Origin: an uncultured virus (IMG/VR IMGVR_UViG_3300032050_000023)
Taxonomy: Duplodnaviria > Heunggongvirae > Uroviricota > Caudoviricetes
DNA length: 64,000 bases
Direction: 5' to 3' (one strand)
IMG/VR virus record: IMGVR_UViG_3300032050_000023
Shown here: piece after piece, positions 18,781 to 28,892 of the stretch
Position numbering within the stretch: the first letter of the stretch is position 1
Layout: every line of letters begins with the position of its first letter
The notes under the pieces: generated by a model
The model's database searches: none
What the model was told of the DNA's origin: nothing
Seen by the model: the letters and a program-made list of their open reading frames with translations, nothing else
Position numbers and translations under genes: made by a program

Positions 18781-19536
18781 TTAAATTACTGTTTCGGCCA
18801 ATTCCCAAAGTTTAGTGTTGATTGTGTTTTGAGCAATGATGTTATCAATTTTTCTCATTTTGGTGTTTTTACCTCGTGAGTTGTTAACACTAACTCCACC
18901 TCGAATAAACTTTTCTTGTACTGTATTGAAAACTTGCCACAAAGAATTACCCTCATCTTCAACTCTGTTTGGTTGTAACAATCCAAGAACTTCCATGTCA
19001 TTGAATGTCTTTTCAGCATTAAATCTGATTTTTGCGGATTGTTGTACAAATCGGATTTTTTCATCATCTGAAAGTTCACGAGACATCATTCTCCCAACGG
19101 ATTGACTAATCATAGGTAATTTTTTAGAGAAGGATTCTGCTAAACCTTTTACCTCGTCAAACGTAAAGTGATTGTGTCTCATTGTAAATCTGTCAGCCAC
19201 AGATGTAGGTACGGTAAGACCGTTTGAACAAACTAATCTGAAGAGTCCTGCACTTAAAGAAAATGCCGCTGTTCCATTGTGAGAGTTTCGGATGATTGCT
19301 TCTACAACAGTATCACCAACTTTAGGTAATTCACCGTTACGAAATTTAATTTCATGAAGAGAATGAACACCACGTCCTGTTTGTTTAACAGAAGAAACCT
19401 GCCAACCTTCACGGTCAAAAAATTCCAACACTTGTTCTGTTGGTACAAATGAGTACTTATCTGTCATTTTAGGAGACGGACTTGTTGCGAAAACTGAAGG
19501 AGCTACGGACTTGATAATTTCTGGTGTGTAAATCAT
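18781..19536 (-). CDS. DUF932/DUF945 family phage/plasmid protein
   Basis: APSVFA, YSFVPT, NSHNG, AGLFRLVCSNGL, LWQVFNTVQE, NTKLW; promoter TTTG-N19-TAACTTTG at 19563-19593. Confidence 0.85.
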   Translation of the reverse strand: MIYTPEIIKSVAPSVFATSPSPKMTDKYSFVPTEQVLEFFDREGWQVSSVKQTGRGVHSLHEIKFRNGELPKVGDTVVEAIIRNSHNGTAAFSLSAGLFRLVCSNGLTVPTSVADRFTMRHNHFTFDEVKGLAESFSKKLPMISQSVGRMMSRELSDDEKIRFVQQSAKIRFNAEKTFNDMEVLGLLQPNRVEDEGNSLWQVFNTVQEKFIRGGVSVNNSRGKNTKMRKIDNIIAQNTINTKLWELAETVI

Positions 19537-19594
19537 ATGTTTTATGTTTTTTGATTAGAATACAAAGTTATAACTTTTTTTCTAAAAAACAAAT

Positions 19595-19885
19595 TTAATT
19601 CAAAATTATTTCACCAAATTTTGTTTTTTGTATGATTCTATCCATCTCAGACTTTTTCTCATTTTTGATTTGTGGTATTTTTAACTCCACCACTATTTCT
19701 ACAATTTGATTTCTTGTTAAAACAAAATCATTACCTTCAGAAAAATTCTTTTCAGATTTTTCTCTTAGTTTTTCATAGAATTCTTGTTTTTGGACATCCC
19801 CAATTAAACTTATTAAATCGTTAGGATTGTTTTCAAAAAAACTAATCAAGTTTGAAATATAAATTTCTATGTCTACGTTTTTCAT
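19595..19885 (-). CDS. hypothetical protein
   Basis: 96-aa ORF. Confidence 0.65.
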   Translation of the reverse strand: MKNVDIEIYISNLISFFENNPNDLISLIGDVQKQEFYEKLREKSEKNFSEGNDFVLTRNQIVEIVVELKIPQIKNEKKSEMDRIIQKTKFGEIILN

Positions 19886-19902
19886 TTTATGTATATTACT
19901 TA

Positions 19903-21825
19903 CTACTCACAACGTCTTTTACTTCTCAATTCTTCAGGGAAATCAACAATAAAGAAATCCTCTGTTGGTGTCATATATTGGTATAATTCTCTTGGTAAAT
20001 TTTCAACGTCCACACTAGAACCCAATACCGATAGGAAAGTTAAGCAATATAATTTAGATAATGACTTTGGTAACGTAGTTAATTCTTTATTATCTGTTAA
20101 ATTTATAAAACTTAATAAACTACACTCTCCAATAGATTCAGGTAAACTTTTAATAACATTATCAGCAACCAATGTTTTTAACCCTTTGAATCTTGCAATA
20201 TTAGATGGGATATCAAAAGGTTCTACTTTTTCTGATTTATTTTCTAAATTTATAAATCTGGTGTCTTCCGGTAATATTTCAAATAAACTATCTAAACCAA
20301 ACATCATTGCATATTTTGCGTGTGCATCATTTGGGAAAGTAATTGGTAGATAATCCATATCCAAATCCTTTTTAGCTATTTGTTCTGCGTATTTTTTCAT
20401 AAGTGAATTATGGTATGGTGCCATTTCTCTACTCATAATTAAAGTTACATCCGCTTCACTCAAATTTTCAATCGGTGTCAACAATAATGCCTTTCTTTTT
20501 TTAGATAGATAGTAACCCTTACTTTCTTCATCAGAATCTTTTAACATTTGACCGTTAAGTTTACCATCTAACCCTATATATTTGTGTCTTAAATATGGTG
20601 TGAAATTTCTATAAATTTCTTCACCATTTCTAGTTGTAGTTAAATCGGGACTTCTTAGTTCTAACCATAGTTCCGCATTTTCCTCTGAACCTAATTCTTT
20701 AATCGCATCTGACTCTATATTCTTTCTTTCAAAAGTCATCATCATTTGTTGTTGTTCTGATGAATACGGATTTGGTTTGAAATATTGTTCTTTTCCTATC
20801 AGATTAGGTACTTTACTTGTTACTTCACTCCAAGGTATAACCGTTGACCCAGCATATCTTCCTGAGTTTGTTCCATCCGCTAATCTGAATCTTACTTTAC
20901 TACCGTAATCATAGTCAGTCAAAATTACTACTGCGTAATTCACATCACTTTCTTTCATGTTTTTATTAATAACATAATAAAGTGTTAAATTTTGTCTTAA
21001 TCTATAATTGTAGTAATAATTAGATGAACCTTCCCAAGACGTACACCATCTTCTATCTGGTGCAAATTTCTTACGAATGTTGATACATTTATGTTTTTGG
21101 TCAGGAGCAAATATAAGCACATCATCGTCTTCATAAGCAATATCAACATCACTTGTATCTACTTCTGGTAACTTATATTCATCCTTAATTGGTAACGCAT
21201 CAACAACGTGTTCAAACTCTTGGAAATTCATCATTCCCGCAGGTTTTGTATTAATTGGTACTAATGGGTAATTTGCTATATACCTTTCAACTCTTGTAAC
21301 TATTTGTTCAATGTTTTCGTCGGAATTTTCTTTTGCTAATTTAGCAGTCAATTTGTCTTTCAACACATTTTCAAAATCTCTTCTTATCAGAGCGTTAAGT
21401 TCCATAGAAGTCATGGACAAAACATCTTTGTCATATCTTCTTTTGTCCAAAGCCTTCAATTCAAAAAATTTCTTCAAATTTAATTTAACCAAATTTTTAT
21501 CAGAACCTTTATTTTTCTTAATAAAATTTTGGTACACTTCATTGAACGTTTTCTTTGCTTTCTGAGCGTCTAATTTGGTTGTTACAAAACTTTTTAGTTT
21601 TTCATAATCATAAGTGAAAATATCCCTTTCATTACCTGGTAATGAGTCTTTGAATTTTTCAAAATCTTGTATGATTTGTGTTATCTCTTCCGCTGAGTCT
21701 TGGGTGTCTCCTGAGAATTTACCTATCAATTTTTTAACTGTTGATTCTGGATATTCTAATAAGATGTGTCCTCTTTTTTGTTTTGTTTCTTTTACTATTT
21801 TAGATAGAATATTTACTAACTCCAT
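19903..21825 (-). CDS. leader-bearing protein with C-terminal leucine-rich repeats
   Basis: IPSNIARFKGLKTLVA/LPESIGECSLLSFINL/LPKSLSKLYCLTFLSV LRRs; central WCTS motif; N-terminus MELVNILSKIVKE. Confidence 0.75.
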   Translation of the reverse strand: MELVNILSKIVKETKQKRGHILLEYPESTVKKLIGKFSGDTQDSAEEITQIIQDFEKFKDSLPGNERDIFTYDYEKLKSFVTTKLDAQKAKKTFNEVYQNFIKKNKGSDKNLVKLNLKKFFELKALDKRRYDKDVLSMTSMELNALIRRDFENVLKDKLTAKLAKENSDENIEQIVTRVERYIANYPLVPINTKPAGMMNFQEFEHVVDALPIKDEYKLPEVDTSDVDIAYEDDDVLIFAPDQKHKCINIRKKFAPDRRWCTSWEGSSNYYYNYRLRQNLTLYYVINKNMKESDVNYAVVILTDYDYGSKVRFRLADGTNSGRYAGSTVIPWSEVTSKVPNLIGKEQYFKPNPYSSEQQQMMMTFERKNIESDAIKELGSEENAELWLELRSPDLTTTRNGEEIYRNFTPYLRHKYIGLDGKLNGQMLKDSDEESKGYYLSKKRKALLLTPIENLSEADVTLIMSREMAPYHNSLMKKYAEQIAKKDLDMDYLPITFPNDAHAKYAMMFGLDSLFEILPEDTRFINLENKSEKVEPFDIPSNIARFKGLKTLVADNVIKSLPESIGECSLLSFINLTDNKELTTLPKSLSKLYCLTFLSVLGSSVDVENLPRELYQYMTPTEDFFIVDFPEELRSKRRCE

Positions 21826-21873
21826 TTCCGTATTTTTATAAATAAATATCTCTTGGGGTTAAAAACTTATGAA

Positions 21874-22713
21874 TTAGTAATTCATTATCAAAAGTTCTTC
21901 ACCCATGTTCTGTTTTGTACCTTTTTTTGCTGCTGCGGCTTTTGCGAATTCCTTTCTCTCCCATCTATATTTATCTTCAGGAAACCATTCGTGAAGTAAC
22001 TCAAAATCATAATATGATAGACTAAAATTACCTTTAACACCATGTAGAACATTTGCAAGTCTTTCGTGGTCTTGTCTATCAAAATCATGATTAGAATAGT
22101 AGTTTTCGGTTTTCCAATATGGGGGATCTAAATAAATGTATGTGGATTCTGAGTCGTACTTGTTAATTACGTCCGCAAAATCCATATTTTCGACATCTGT
22201 AATTTTCATGAAATGTTCAATCCAATCGGGTTTGGACAGTTTGTCCCTAAACGTAAGGTACTTTGATTTATATTTACCTTTTAAATCAATGAATGTACTT
22301 GTTTCTGGTTTTGACCCACTAAATACCTGTGTTAGAATGTACACATATTTTGCCGCAACCTCATAATCATAAGCGTCTACACTGAAACCCTCATTAAATA
22401 TTTCAGCTTGAAACCTTAAAAACTGTTCTTTGTATATTGATGGTGTGTTTTCGACACCCTGTTTTTGACAATCGATAGAATTAATTGCTTTTAATAATTC
22501 TGTTGGGTTCTGAACACATTTGAATAAATTGTAATTCAACGGGTTAAAGTCATTATAAACAACTTTTTTGAGATTTGGGTATTCTTTCAGGTTCATGTTG
22601 AAGAAACACCAATACATACCTCCAAATGTCTCAAGATATGTTTCCATATCCTTCGGGTAGTATGGAACTATCCATTTACCAATTTTAGATTTTCCTCCAA
22701 TGTAAGATAACAT
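21874..22713 (-). CDS. Dam-like (D12 class) adenine methyltransferase
   Basis: YIGGKS, ETFGG, YND, YLDPPY. Confidence 0.88.
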   Translation of the reverse strand: MLSYIGGKSKIGKWIVPYYPKDMETYLETFGGMYWCFFNMNLKEYPNLKKVVYNDFNPLNYNLFKCVQNPTELLKAINSIDCQKQGVENTPSIYKEQFLRFQAEIFNEGFSVDAYDYEVAAKYVYILTQVFSGSKPETSTFIDLKGKYKSKYLTFRDKLSKPDWIEHFMKITDVENMDFADVINKYDSESTYIYLDPPYWKTENYYSNHDFDRQDHERLANVLHGVKGNFSLSYYDFELLHEWFPEDKYRWERKEFAKAAAAKKGTKQNMGEELLIMNY

Positions 22714-22794
22714 TCTTTTTTTTTATAAAATATAATTTATTTATGTTGATAAATCAATTCACTTGTAATAACTAAATTGATATAATTATTATAT

Positions 22795-22956
22795 ATGGAA
22801 CAGTTAGAACAAAAGAAAGAAGCAACTCAAGTTACTGGTTGTAGACAGTGTAATAAAGGACAGGAAAAACTTCAAACATTTTTAGTTGTTTTGGGTACAA
22901 TTATGTTTTTTTTAGCAATATATGGAGCAGTTAGATTAGTTCAAGATATTTTCTAA
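22795..22956 (+). CDS. small membrane protein with CxxC (53 aa, not in ORF track)
   Basis: [53 protein letters not shown]. Confidence 0.55.
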   Translation: MEQLEQKKEATQVTGCRQCNKGQEKLQTFLVVLGTIMFFLAIYGAVRLVQDIF

Positions 22957-23876
22957 TCTCTATTATACTTTATATATTGATTTATAAGTAAGTCCCCAAT
23001 TACATTACTATACTTGAAACCTTTCCCTTTAACTCTAAGGGGTCTTGATGTATCAAAATTCTTTGGGAAATTAACAGATAATTCCCCATTTGGGTGTGGT
23101 ACACTAAAACTTTCTTTACTCAAATCTTCCAACGTGAAAAATTTATTATAAAGAAGGTGTTCCCCCATTTTACCAAATCCTTGAGTGGATTTTAATTCTA
23201 TTTTCATAGACAAATCACCATATTCCCCATTGTGAAAGTCTCCCATTGATTGTAACCTAACAATTTGACCATCTTCTACCCCATGAGGTATTCTTATTTC
23301 TAACGTTTTGAAGTCCTCTTTAGTTGATGCTCCATTACAAGTATGACAAGGATCTAATATTATTTCTCCCGAACCACCACACTGTTGACAAGTCATTGCC
23401 ACAGTTTGTACAAACATACCACTTCCTATTGTTTGTATTATTTGACCGTGTCCACCACATTGTTTACATACATTTTTTCTACCGCCAGTACCATTACAAG
23501 TGTCACACTTTTCTTTTCTTTTATATGTTAATTTTACTTTATTGTTCAAATATGAATCAACAATATCGACTTCAAACCTTATGACTTTGTTTGGTCTTTG
23601 ATTCCTCCCAAATTGATTACCAAACATACTGAACATATCATTAAAATTTGCAAACCTTGCATCTCCGAATGGATTTTTCCTTTCCATGTCGTATTGTCTT
23701 CTTTTGCTCTCATCACCTATGGCATCGTAGGCTACGGATATTTTTTTAAACGTGTCTTCATCTCCTCCTTTATCTGGATGATACTCTTTTGCTAATTTTC
23801 TATAAGCTTTCTTAATGTCCTCTTGAGATGCGTCCTCTGTAACGCCTAAAACACTATAATAATCTTCAGTATTCAT
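22953..23876 (-). CDS. dnaJ: DnaJ co-chaperone
   Basis: J-domain with HPD, four CxxCxGxG-type repeats, C-terminal domain. Confidence 0.92.
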   Translation of the reverse strand: MNTEDYYSVLGVTEDASQEDIKKAYRKLAKEYHPDKGGDEDTFKKISVAYDAIGDESKRRQYDMERKNPFGDARFANFNDMFSMFGNQFGRNQRPNKVIRFEVDIVDSYLNNKVKLTYKRKEKCDTCNGTGGRKNVCKQCGGHGQIIQTIGSGMFVQTVAMTCQQCGGSGEIILDPCHTCNGASTKEDFKTLEIRIPHGVEDGQIVRLQSMGDFHNGEYGDLSMKIELKSTQGFGKMGEHLLYNKFFTLEDLSKESFSVPHPNGELSVNFPKNFDTSRPLRVKGKGFKYSNVIGDLLINQYIKYNRD

Positions 23877-23920
23877 TTAATAACCGTTTTATTTATTATT
23901 GGTAGTATAGTAAAAAAATT

Positions 23921-24559
23921 ATGAATTATCTAATCGTTCTATTTAAAAATAAAAAAAGAAAAAAGATTCTAAACAAATTTGTAACTTTAGATAAAGCAAA
24001 ATCTTTTTTTGAAAAAAACCAAAACGAGAATTTATCAATAACTTTTGATGTAAAAGTTGAAAACGGTAAAATCTGTGACTACGAATTAGGTTTATTAGAA
24101 AAAAACTCTCTGGATTTCCAACCTTTTTTTATAAAAGATGATTTAGGAAGACAACTTCAGGTAAATTTGGAGGATTCAGAATATAAAATAATTAAACTTA
24201 TTAAATACAGAAAAGAAGAATTAATTTACCATTACAAATCAAAAAATAAAATAACTTTTGAATTTTTTGTAAACAAGTTTCTTCGCGGTAATGGACTCAA
24301 ATTAATATCTAAAATTAATAATAAAATTATAGTACAAAATGATAATGAAGTTGAAGTGTTTTCTCTAAAAACTTGTGAGGATTGTGAGAGATTTTCAACC
24401 ATATTACAAGAGTTTTTGTTTGATAAAAAAAGGATAGATTGTTTGATTGTTAATGATGTGTCAAAAACTCAAAAAAAATATTTATACGATTTGTTAGAAG
24501 AAAAAGGTATAGAAAAGTCTTTTTTATACAGAACCTCTACCACTTATTTTAAGAAATAA
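23921..24559 (+). CDS. hypothetical protein
   Basis: 212-aa Lys-rich ORF. Confidence 0.65.
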   Translation: MNYLIVLFKNKKRKKILNKFVTLDKAKSFFEKNQNENLSITFDVKVENGKICDYELGLLEKNSLDFQPFFIKDDLGRQLQVNLEDSEYKIIKLIKYRKEELIYHYKSKNKITFEFFVNKFLRGNGLKLISKINNKIIVQNDNEVEVFSLKTCEDCERFSTILQEFLFDKKRIDCLIVNDVSKTQKKYLYDLLEEKGIEKSFLYRTSTTYFKK

Positions 24560-24850
24560 TCTCTTGAATATATTCTTTTTTGGTTCTTCAACAACCTCCT
24601 CTATTGTTTTCTCTTCTGTCTCATATATTTTTTCATTTATAAAGACAACTTCAGATCCTGAGATATCTATCTTGAACCTCATTTTACCCCTATCAATCTC
24701 TCTAAAATTTTTTTGTACCATTCCGAAGTCTTCTTGTGACAACTCAAAAAGAATAATGTTTTTACCGTCAGGAAATAATTCTTGTGCTCCCTCTGTTAAT
24801 AATACTAATTTATTCAAGATATCATCAATATTTTTTTCATCTTTTGCCAT
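24524..24850 (-). CDS. hypothetical protein
   Basis: 108-aa ORF. Confidence 0.6.
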   Translation of the reverse strand: MAKDEKNIDDILNKLVLLTEGAQELFPDGKNIILFELSQEDFGMVQKNFREIDRGKMRFKIDISGSEVVFINEKIYETEEKTIEEVVEEPKKNIFKRLFLKISGRGSV

Positions 24851-25014
24851 AGCGTTAATTTTTTTTGTTTTTTTGGTAGGATATCCTCTTTCTTCAATTT
24901 TTTTATACTGTTGATGAATTCCTCCTTTTCTAAATCAACTTCTAATGAATCTTTTTTTATTTCATTTTTTAACCAATCAATCTGGGTTTCCAACTTTGTC
25001 TGTTTCTTCTTCAT
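24814..25014 (-). CDS. hypothetical protein
   Basis: 66-aa ORF overlapping co-oriented neighbours. Confidence 0.55.
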   Translation of the reverse strand: MKKKQTKLETQIDWLKNEIKKDSLEVDLEKEEFINSIKKLKKEDILPKKQKKLTLWQKMKKILMIS

Positions 25015-25402
25015 TGTCTTCTAAATCTAATTTATCTGTTAATAACTCAAATTTTAAACTTTGTAATTCGTCCAACTTTTGTTTTTCAAAAATGTTTTTA
25101 AGTTCATTTATTTTCTGTTGGAATAGTCTGTCTTTTGCTTCCCTTTCTTTGTTATAAGAAATAATACTTTTTATATTCGATATTAGTTTTTCAACGTTAA
25201 CTTCTTTGAATTCGGTAACAAAAGTAAACGACCTATTATTAGTTGTTGACGATTCGTTCTCCATTACGCTTTTTTCGTCAACATATTTTTTTGGTAATTT
25301 CCATGTATTTGGGAATTCTACGTCAAAAGTTAGATAATTTTTTAATTTTCTAACAGACTGTAAGTATGGAAATAATATATTAAATTCAGTAAATAAACTC
25401 AT
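24977..25402 (-). CDS. hypothetical protein
   Basis: Start re-set to MSLFTEF. Confidence 0.65.
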   Translation of the reverse strand: MSLFTEFNILFPYLQSVRKLKNYLTFDVEFPNTWKLPKKYVDEKSVMENESSTTNNRSFTFVTEFKEVNVEKLISNIKSIISYNKEREAKDRLFQQKINELKNIFEKQKLDELQSLKFELLTDKLDLEDNEEETDKVGNPD

Positions 25403-25404
25403 TA

Positions 25405-25593
25405 TTAATTTTGTATTATATATGTTATTATGTAAGAAACTAAACAACCATAAAAAATAAGTTCCCTACTATCAAACAATATTGGTTTTGGATTTGTCTG
25501 TAGTAGGGAAAATATAAATCTTGTTACAATTCGAGCGACAGACAATATCGAAAATATAAAAATAAACAAATATATTGTCCCTAAACTATTCAT
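25405..25593 (-). CDS. small two-TM membrane protein
   Basis: Two hydrophobic segments. Confidence 0.6.
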   Translation of the reverse strand: MNSLGTIYLFIFIFSILSVARIVTRFIFSLLQTNPKPILFDSRELIFYGCLVSYIITYIIQN

Positions 25594-25594
25594 A

Positions 25595-25765
25595 TTATGC
25601 CTTTTTGGATTCCAATATTTCCCCTCTTAATTGTTGTAATAAAGATTTTAATTCTTGAGCAGATTTCCTTGCTCTTGTACCAGCACTTTTATTTCCACTG
25701 TAAAATTTTGTTGTATCAACACTTAATTGTTCGGTTAATACTTTAATTTTTTCTAATGTTTCCAT
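25595..25765 (-). CDS. histone H1-like (Hc1-type) small DNA-binding protein (56 aa, not in ORF track)
   Basis: METLEKIKVLTEQLSVDTTKFYSGNKSAGTRARKSAQELKSLLQQLRGEILESKKA*; GNKxAGTRARK signature. Confidence 0.8.
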   Translation of the reverse strand: METLEKIKVLTEQLSVDTTKFYSGNKSAGTRARKSAQELKSLLQQLRGEILESKKA

Positions 25766-25826
25766 TTTATTTTAAATGATATGTTTATTTGACAAAAAAA
25801 TACCAATAAGATATGTGTTGTAAATA

Positions 25827-26300
25827 TTAAACGGACAAATTATCGTCTAACGACTTGTAAATACTTAACATAATGTCCAAATCTGATTTCGTGAAGTTTC
25901 TCTCAATGTTAAAGATGTCATTAAAAAAATCACCTATTGAGTTTTTTATTTTTTTGTCTTGTTGTGAATAATAAATGTCCATAAAGAATGTATTAAAGTA
26001 CACATAATGGTCTCCTTCTTCACTAAATGTTAATCCTTCTTTTTTAAAATTATCTATTGTTTTTTTCCAACACCAGTCAAAATGATTTTTTATATCTTCT
26101 TCTGACATACTAACTTTGGTTTCAGAATCATCATTATCACCCAAAAAAGTTTTTCTTATTAAATCAAAAAGGGAATAGGAAAAGTCATAATATAATTCCA
26201 TTTTTTCAGGTATTATATTATTAATTCTAAACCATATGTCAATTTCTTCTTTATTCACAGGTTTAGTAATGTAATTAATAAAATTATCCATAGACAACAT
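25827..26300 (-). CDS. hypothetical protein
   Basis: 157-aa ORF. Confidence 0.65.
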   Translation of the reverse strand: MLSMDNFINYITKPVNKEEIDIWFRINNIIPEKMELYYDFSYSLFDLIRKTFLGDNDDSETKVSMSEEDIKNHFDWCWKKTIDNFKKEGLTFSEEGDHYVYFNTFFMDIYYSQQDKKIKNSIGDFFNDIFNIERNFTKSDLDIMLSIYKSLDDNLSV

Positions 26301-26337
26301 CTATGGATAATTATAATTCATTTTATGGTTATGTAAA

Positions 26338-27510
26338 TTATTGAGTATTTTTTCGATACCCTATTAAGTCTTTCATTCTCTCGAATTCTTCGTTAAGATA
26401 TTTTGTTTTCTTATCTTCGGTAGATTCAAGTTTCATCATAATCTTACTTGCTTTATCCGTTTCATTACCTGATTTATCTGAAACCACTGGTTGTACGGAT
26501 TTATTATAAGCCTTCCTTTTTAGTTTACCAAGTAAATTATCTTTTCTTATTTTGTTTCTTTTCTTGTTTGTTGGCGTTTCAACCGCATTTGCCCATTCAG
26601 GATTATTACCCGTTCTAGATGAACCTTCAATGTTATCTGTCATCCAATCTTCATTTGGTGTTATTCCGTCATTAAAGTCTAAGTTTTCTAATGCCGCTGC
26701 AGTAAAGTTATCTATGTACTCTTGAACAGCTTCAGATGGGACATAAGCCATTTTATCCATCTTTTTTAATTCACCGTTACCCATTGGAAAATGTTTAGCA
26801 TCCATTGTAAAAGATTCTTCAGAACCATCTTTCATATAATCTTTCATTTTTTTAGTAACCTCCTTAAAATAATCATCATTTTCTTTTCCAGACCTTCTAT
26901 GTGATTTTTCATACTCTTCGTATCCTCTTGTCTTTTTCAACTTTTGTTCTACCAGTGTTTCTATTAAATTTAGAACTTGGTCTTCCGTTAATCTCATGTT
27001 GACACCTAAATTTTCATTATAAATGTCATATACCATCTCGTTAATGTTATCAGTATCTATTTCTAATTCATAAATTGTTTCTTCATTTTTAACAGGATAT
27101 TCTTCACCGTCAAGTTCAAAAGATTTTTTTCCTTGTTTTTTTGCGTTTCTAACTGCTAAACCAAAAGCATTTCCTTCTTTAGATTCTTTCTTTTTACCTC
27201 TTAACATTTTGAAATCTTCGGAGTCTAATTTACCATTTTTGTTTCTATCCAAACGAGATTGATTACCGTAAAGTTTTTCAAATACTTCACCTTCTTTCAT
27301 ATATCCACACTCTGTACATTCACCTTCTTTCAATGATGAACCACCACATTGTTCACAGGTTTCTCCTTCGTCTAACATAATTTCATACATAGGTTCAGGT
27401 GAAAACATTTCGTTTTCTTCTACATAGTCAAAAGAGGGTTTATCTTCAAACTCCATTTTATGTTGTTTCTCAGTCAAAACATTTTTTATTACTCTATTTA
27501 AATTTCTCAT
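26338..27510 (-). CDS. leader-bearing charged protein with zinc ribbon and EF-hand-like loop (candidate head core/scaffold protein)
   Basis: MRNLNRVIKNVLTE; CEQCGG..CTECG; LDRNKNGKLDSEDF; internal MRLTEDQVLNLIETLVEQ; C-terminal LNEEFERMKDLIGY. Confidence 0.55.
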   Translation of the reverse strand: MRNLNRVIKNVLTEKQHKMEFEDKPSFDYVEENEMFSPEPMYEIMLDEGETCEQCGGSSLKEGECTECGYMKEGEVFEKLYGNQSRLDRNKNGKLDSEDFKMLRGKKKESKEGNAFGLAVRNAKKQGKKSFELDGEEYPVKNEETIYELEIDTDNINEMVYDIYNENLGVNMRLTEDQVLNLIETLVEQKLKKTRGYEEYEKSHRRSGKENDDYFKEVTKKMKDYMKDGSEESFTMDAKHFPMGNGELKKMDKMAYVPSEAVQEYIDNFTAAALENLDFNDGITPNEDWMTDNIEGSSRTGNNPEWANAVETPTNKKRNKIRKDNLLGKLKRKAYNKSVQPVVSDKSGNETDKASKIMMKLESTEDKKTKYLNEEFERMKDLIGYRKNTQ

Positions 27511-27537
27511 TTCGGATTTTATTTAATAAATATTAGT

Positions 27538-28473
27538 TTAATATGATTTGTTCATTTCAGTCACTATAATATCTTTTATAATATCCTCATGAATATCATA
27601 TTTTTCACTGACTTTTTTTATTGTATTTTTCAATGTTTGATTTTCAAAAATATTAAGAGCCTTGATATCACCTTGATTACAATATGGAAAACGTTTACAT
27701 TTTTTTTTAACCTGAACGAATTTTCCTCCAGGTATTTGTGTTTTTCGTCTTCCACCCCAATCTTTTTTACTCAATGATTTTGCCCACATTTTAGGCGTTT
27801 CGTATGATCCTGAAGACGCTGTGGAAGTTGCTTCTTTAGTCTCTACTTTTTTTAATTTTGTATAATAATTAGGGTCTTCAAATAAATGGTCTAAAACAAT
27901 TTCTTTTGCAACATTTTTATTTTCAGTATGTTCCATCTCTACTTTCAAACCTTTGTTAAATTGTAATTTGAGTTGTTCGGTTGATTTGTTTTTATATTTT
28001 TTTACTAAATCAGTGAAGTTTTTATTGTCTGATTTACCTCCTTTGAGTTTTTCTTCTTTCATATCACCAAATAATGGTTCGTATGATCCTGAAGATGCTG
28101 TTGAAGTGACTTCTTTAGTTTCTTTTTTTGAGAATCTTTTATCCAAAACCGCTTGTAAAAAATTATTTATATCTTCAGGATTTTTCAATAATTTTTTTAT
28201 TTCCGTTTTGATTTTGTTGTTTGATAATTTTTTATTTTTTATTAAATCTAAAATTTTTGTGATGTTGTTTTTGTTTTTTAAGTAATTGATATAATCTTTT
28301 TTTTGATTTTCATCTTTTTCAATATCTTCACTTTCTGTTTTTATATTGGACAATAAATCTACCTTTTGATTAATAAGCTCAGTTGGGTCTGAAAATGTTC
28401 CGTCCCAACCTCTATAATCTCTTACCGCATCATTAAAAGATTTTGATATATGTGATTTCCAATCTTCACCCAT
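27538..28473 (-). CDS. DUF5661-like domain protein
   Basis: GLKVEMEHT..VAKEIVLDHLFEDPNYYTKL, flanked by a duplicated ETKExTSTASSGSYE. Confidence 0.6.
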   Translation of the reverse strand: MGEDWKSHISKSFNDAVRDYRGWDGTFSDPTELINQKVDLLSNIKTESEDIEKDENQKKDYINYLKNKNNITKILDLIKNKKLSNNKIKTEIKKLLKNPEDINNFLQAVLDKRFSKKETKEVTSTASSGSYEPLFGDMKEEKLKGGKSDNKNFTDLVKKYKNKSTEQLKLQFNKGLKVEMEHTENKNVAKEIVLDHLFEDPNYYTKLKKVETKEATSTASSGSYETPKMWAKSLSKKDWGGRRKTQIPGGKFVQVKKKCKRFPYCNQGDIKALNIFENQTLKNTIKKVSEKYDIHEDIIKDIIVTEMNKSY

Positions 28474-28474
28474 T

Positions 28475-28891
28475 TTATTTAAACGCAATTACTCCTGTTA
28501 ATACTGCTATAATTGAACCTGAAACGATTTCTATGATAGTGTTTTTTCTTCTCACTTTTTTAATGTCCTTACGTAGTTCTTCATTTTCATCTTTCAGAAT
28601 TGTAACTTTATTTTCAGTTTCTTTAACTATTTCTTCACAAACATTAAATTTATCATTTTGTAATTTTATAATAGTATCTTGTTTGTTGATTTTTGTGTTC
28701 AACAACTCTATTTCTGTATTATATAATTTTTTTTCTTCTTTTAATCTATCAAGTTCATTTAAATCCAACAAAATTTGTTTTCCAACCTCAACAGGAAAAC
28801 ACATCGTTGTTGAGTCCTCTTTTTGACAACTTTCTTGCCCAAAAGACAATGTTGTGATGATTATAAAAAATAAAGTAAAAATCTTTTTCAT
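28475..28891 (-). CDS. signal-peptide/coiled-coil protein with C-terminal hydrophobic tail (spanin-like candidate)
   Basis: MKKIFTLFFIIITTLSFGQ signal, long coiled coil, hydrophobic C-terminus. Confidence 0.45.
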   Translation of the reverse strand: MKKIFTLFFIIITTLSFGQESCQKEDSTTMCFPVEVGKQILLDLNELDRLKEEKKLYNTEIELLNTKINKQDTIIKLQNDKFNVCEEIVKETENKVTILKDENEELRKDIKKVRRKNTIIEIVSGSIIAVLTGVIAFK

Positions 28892-28892
28892 A

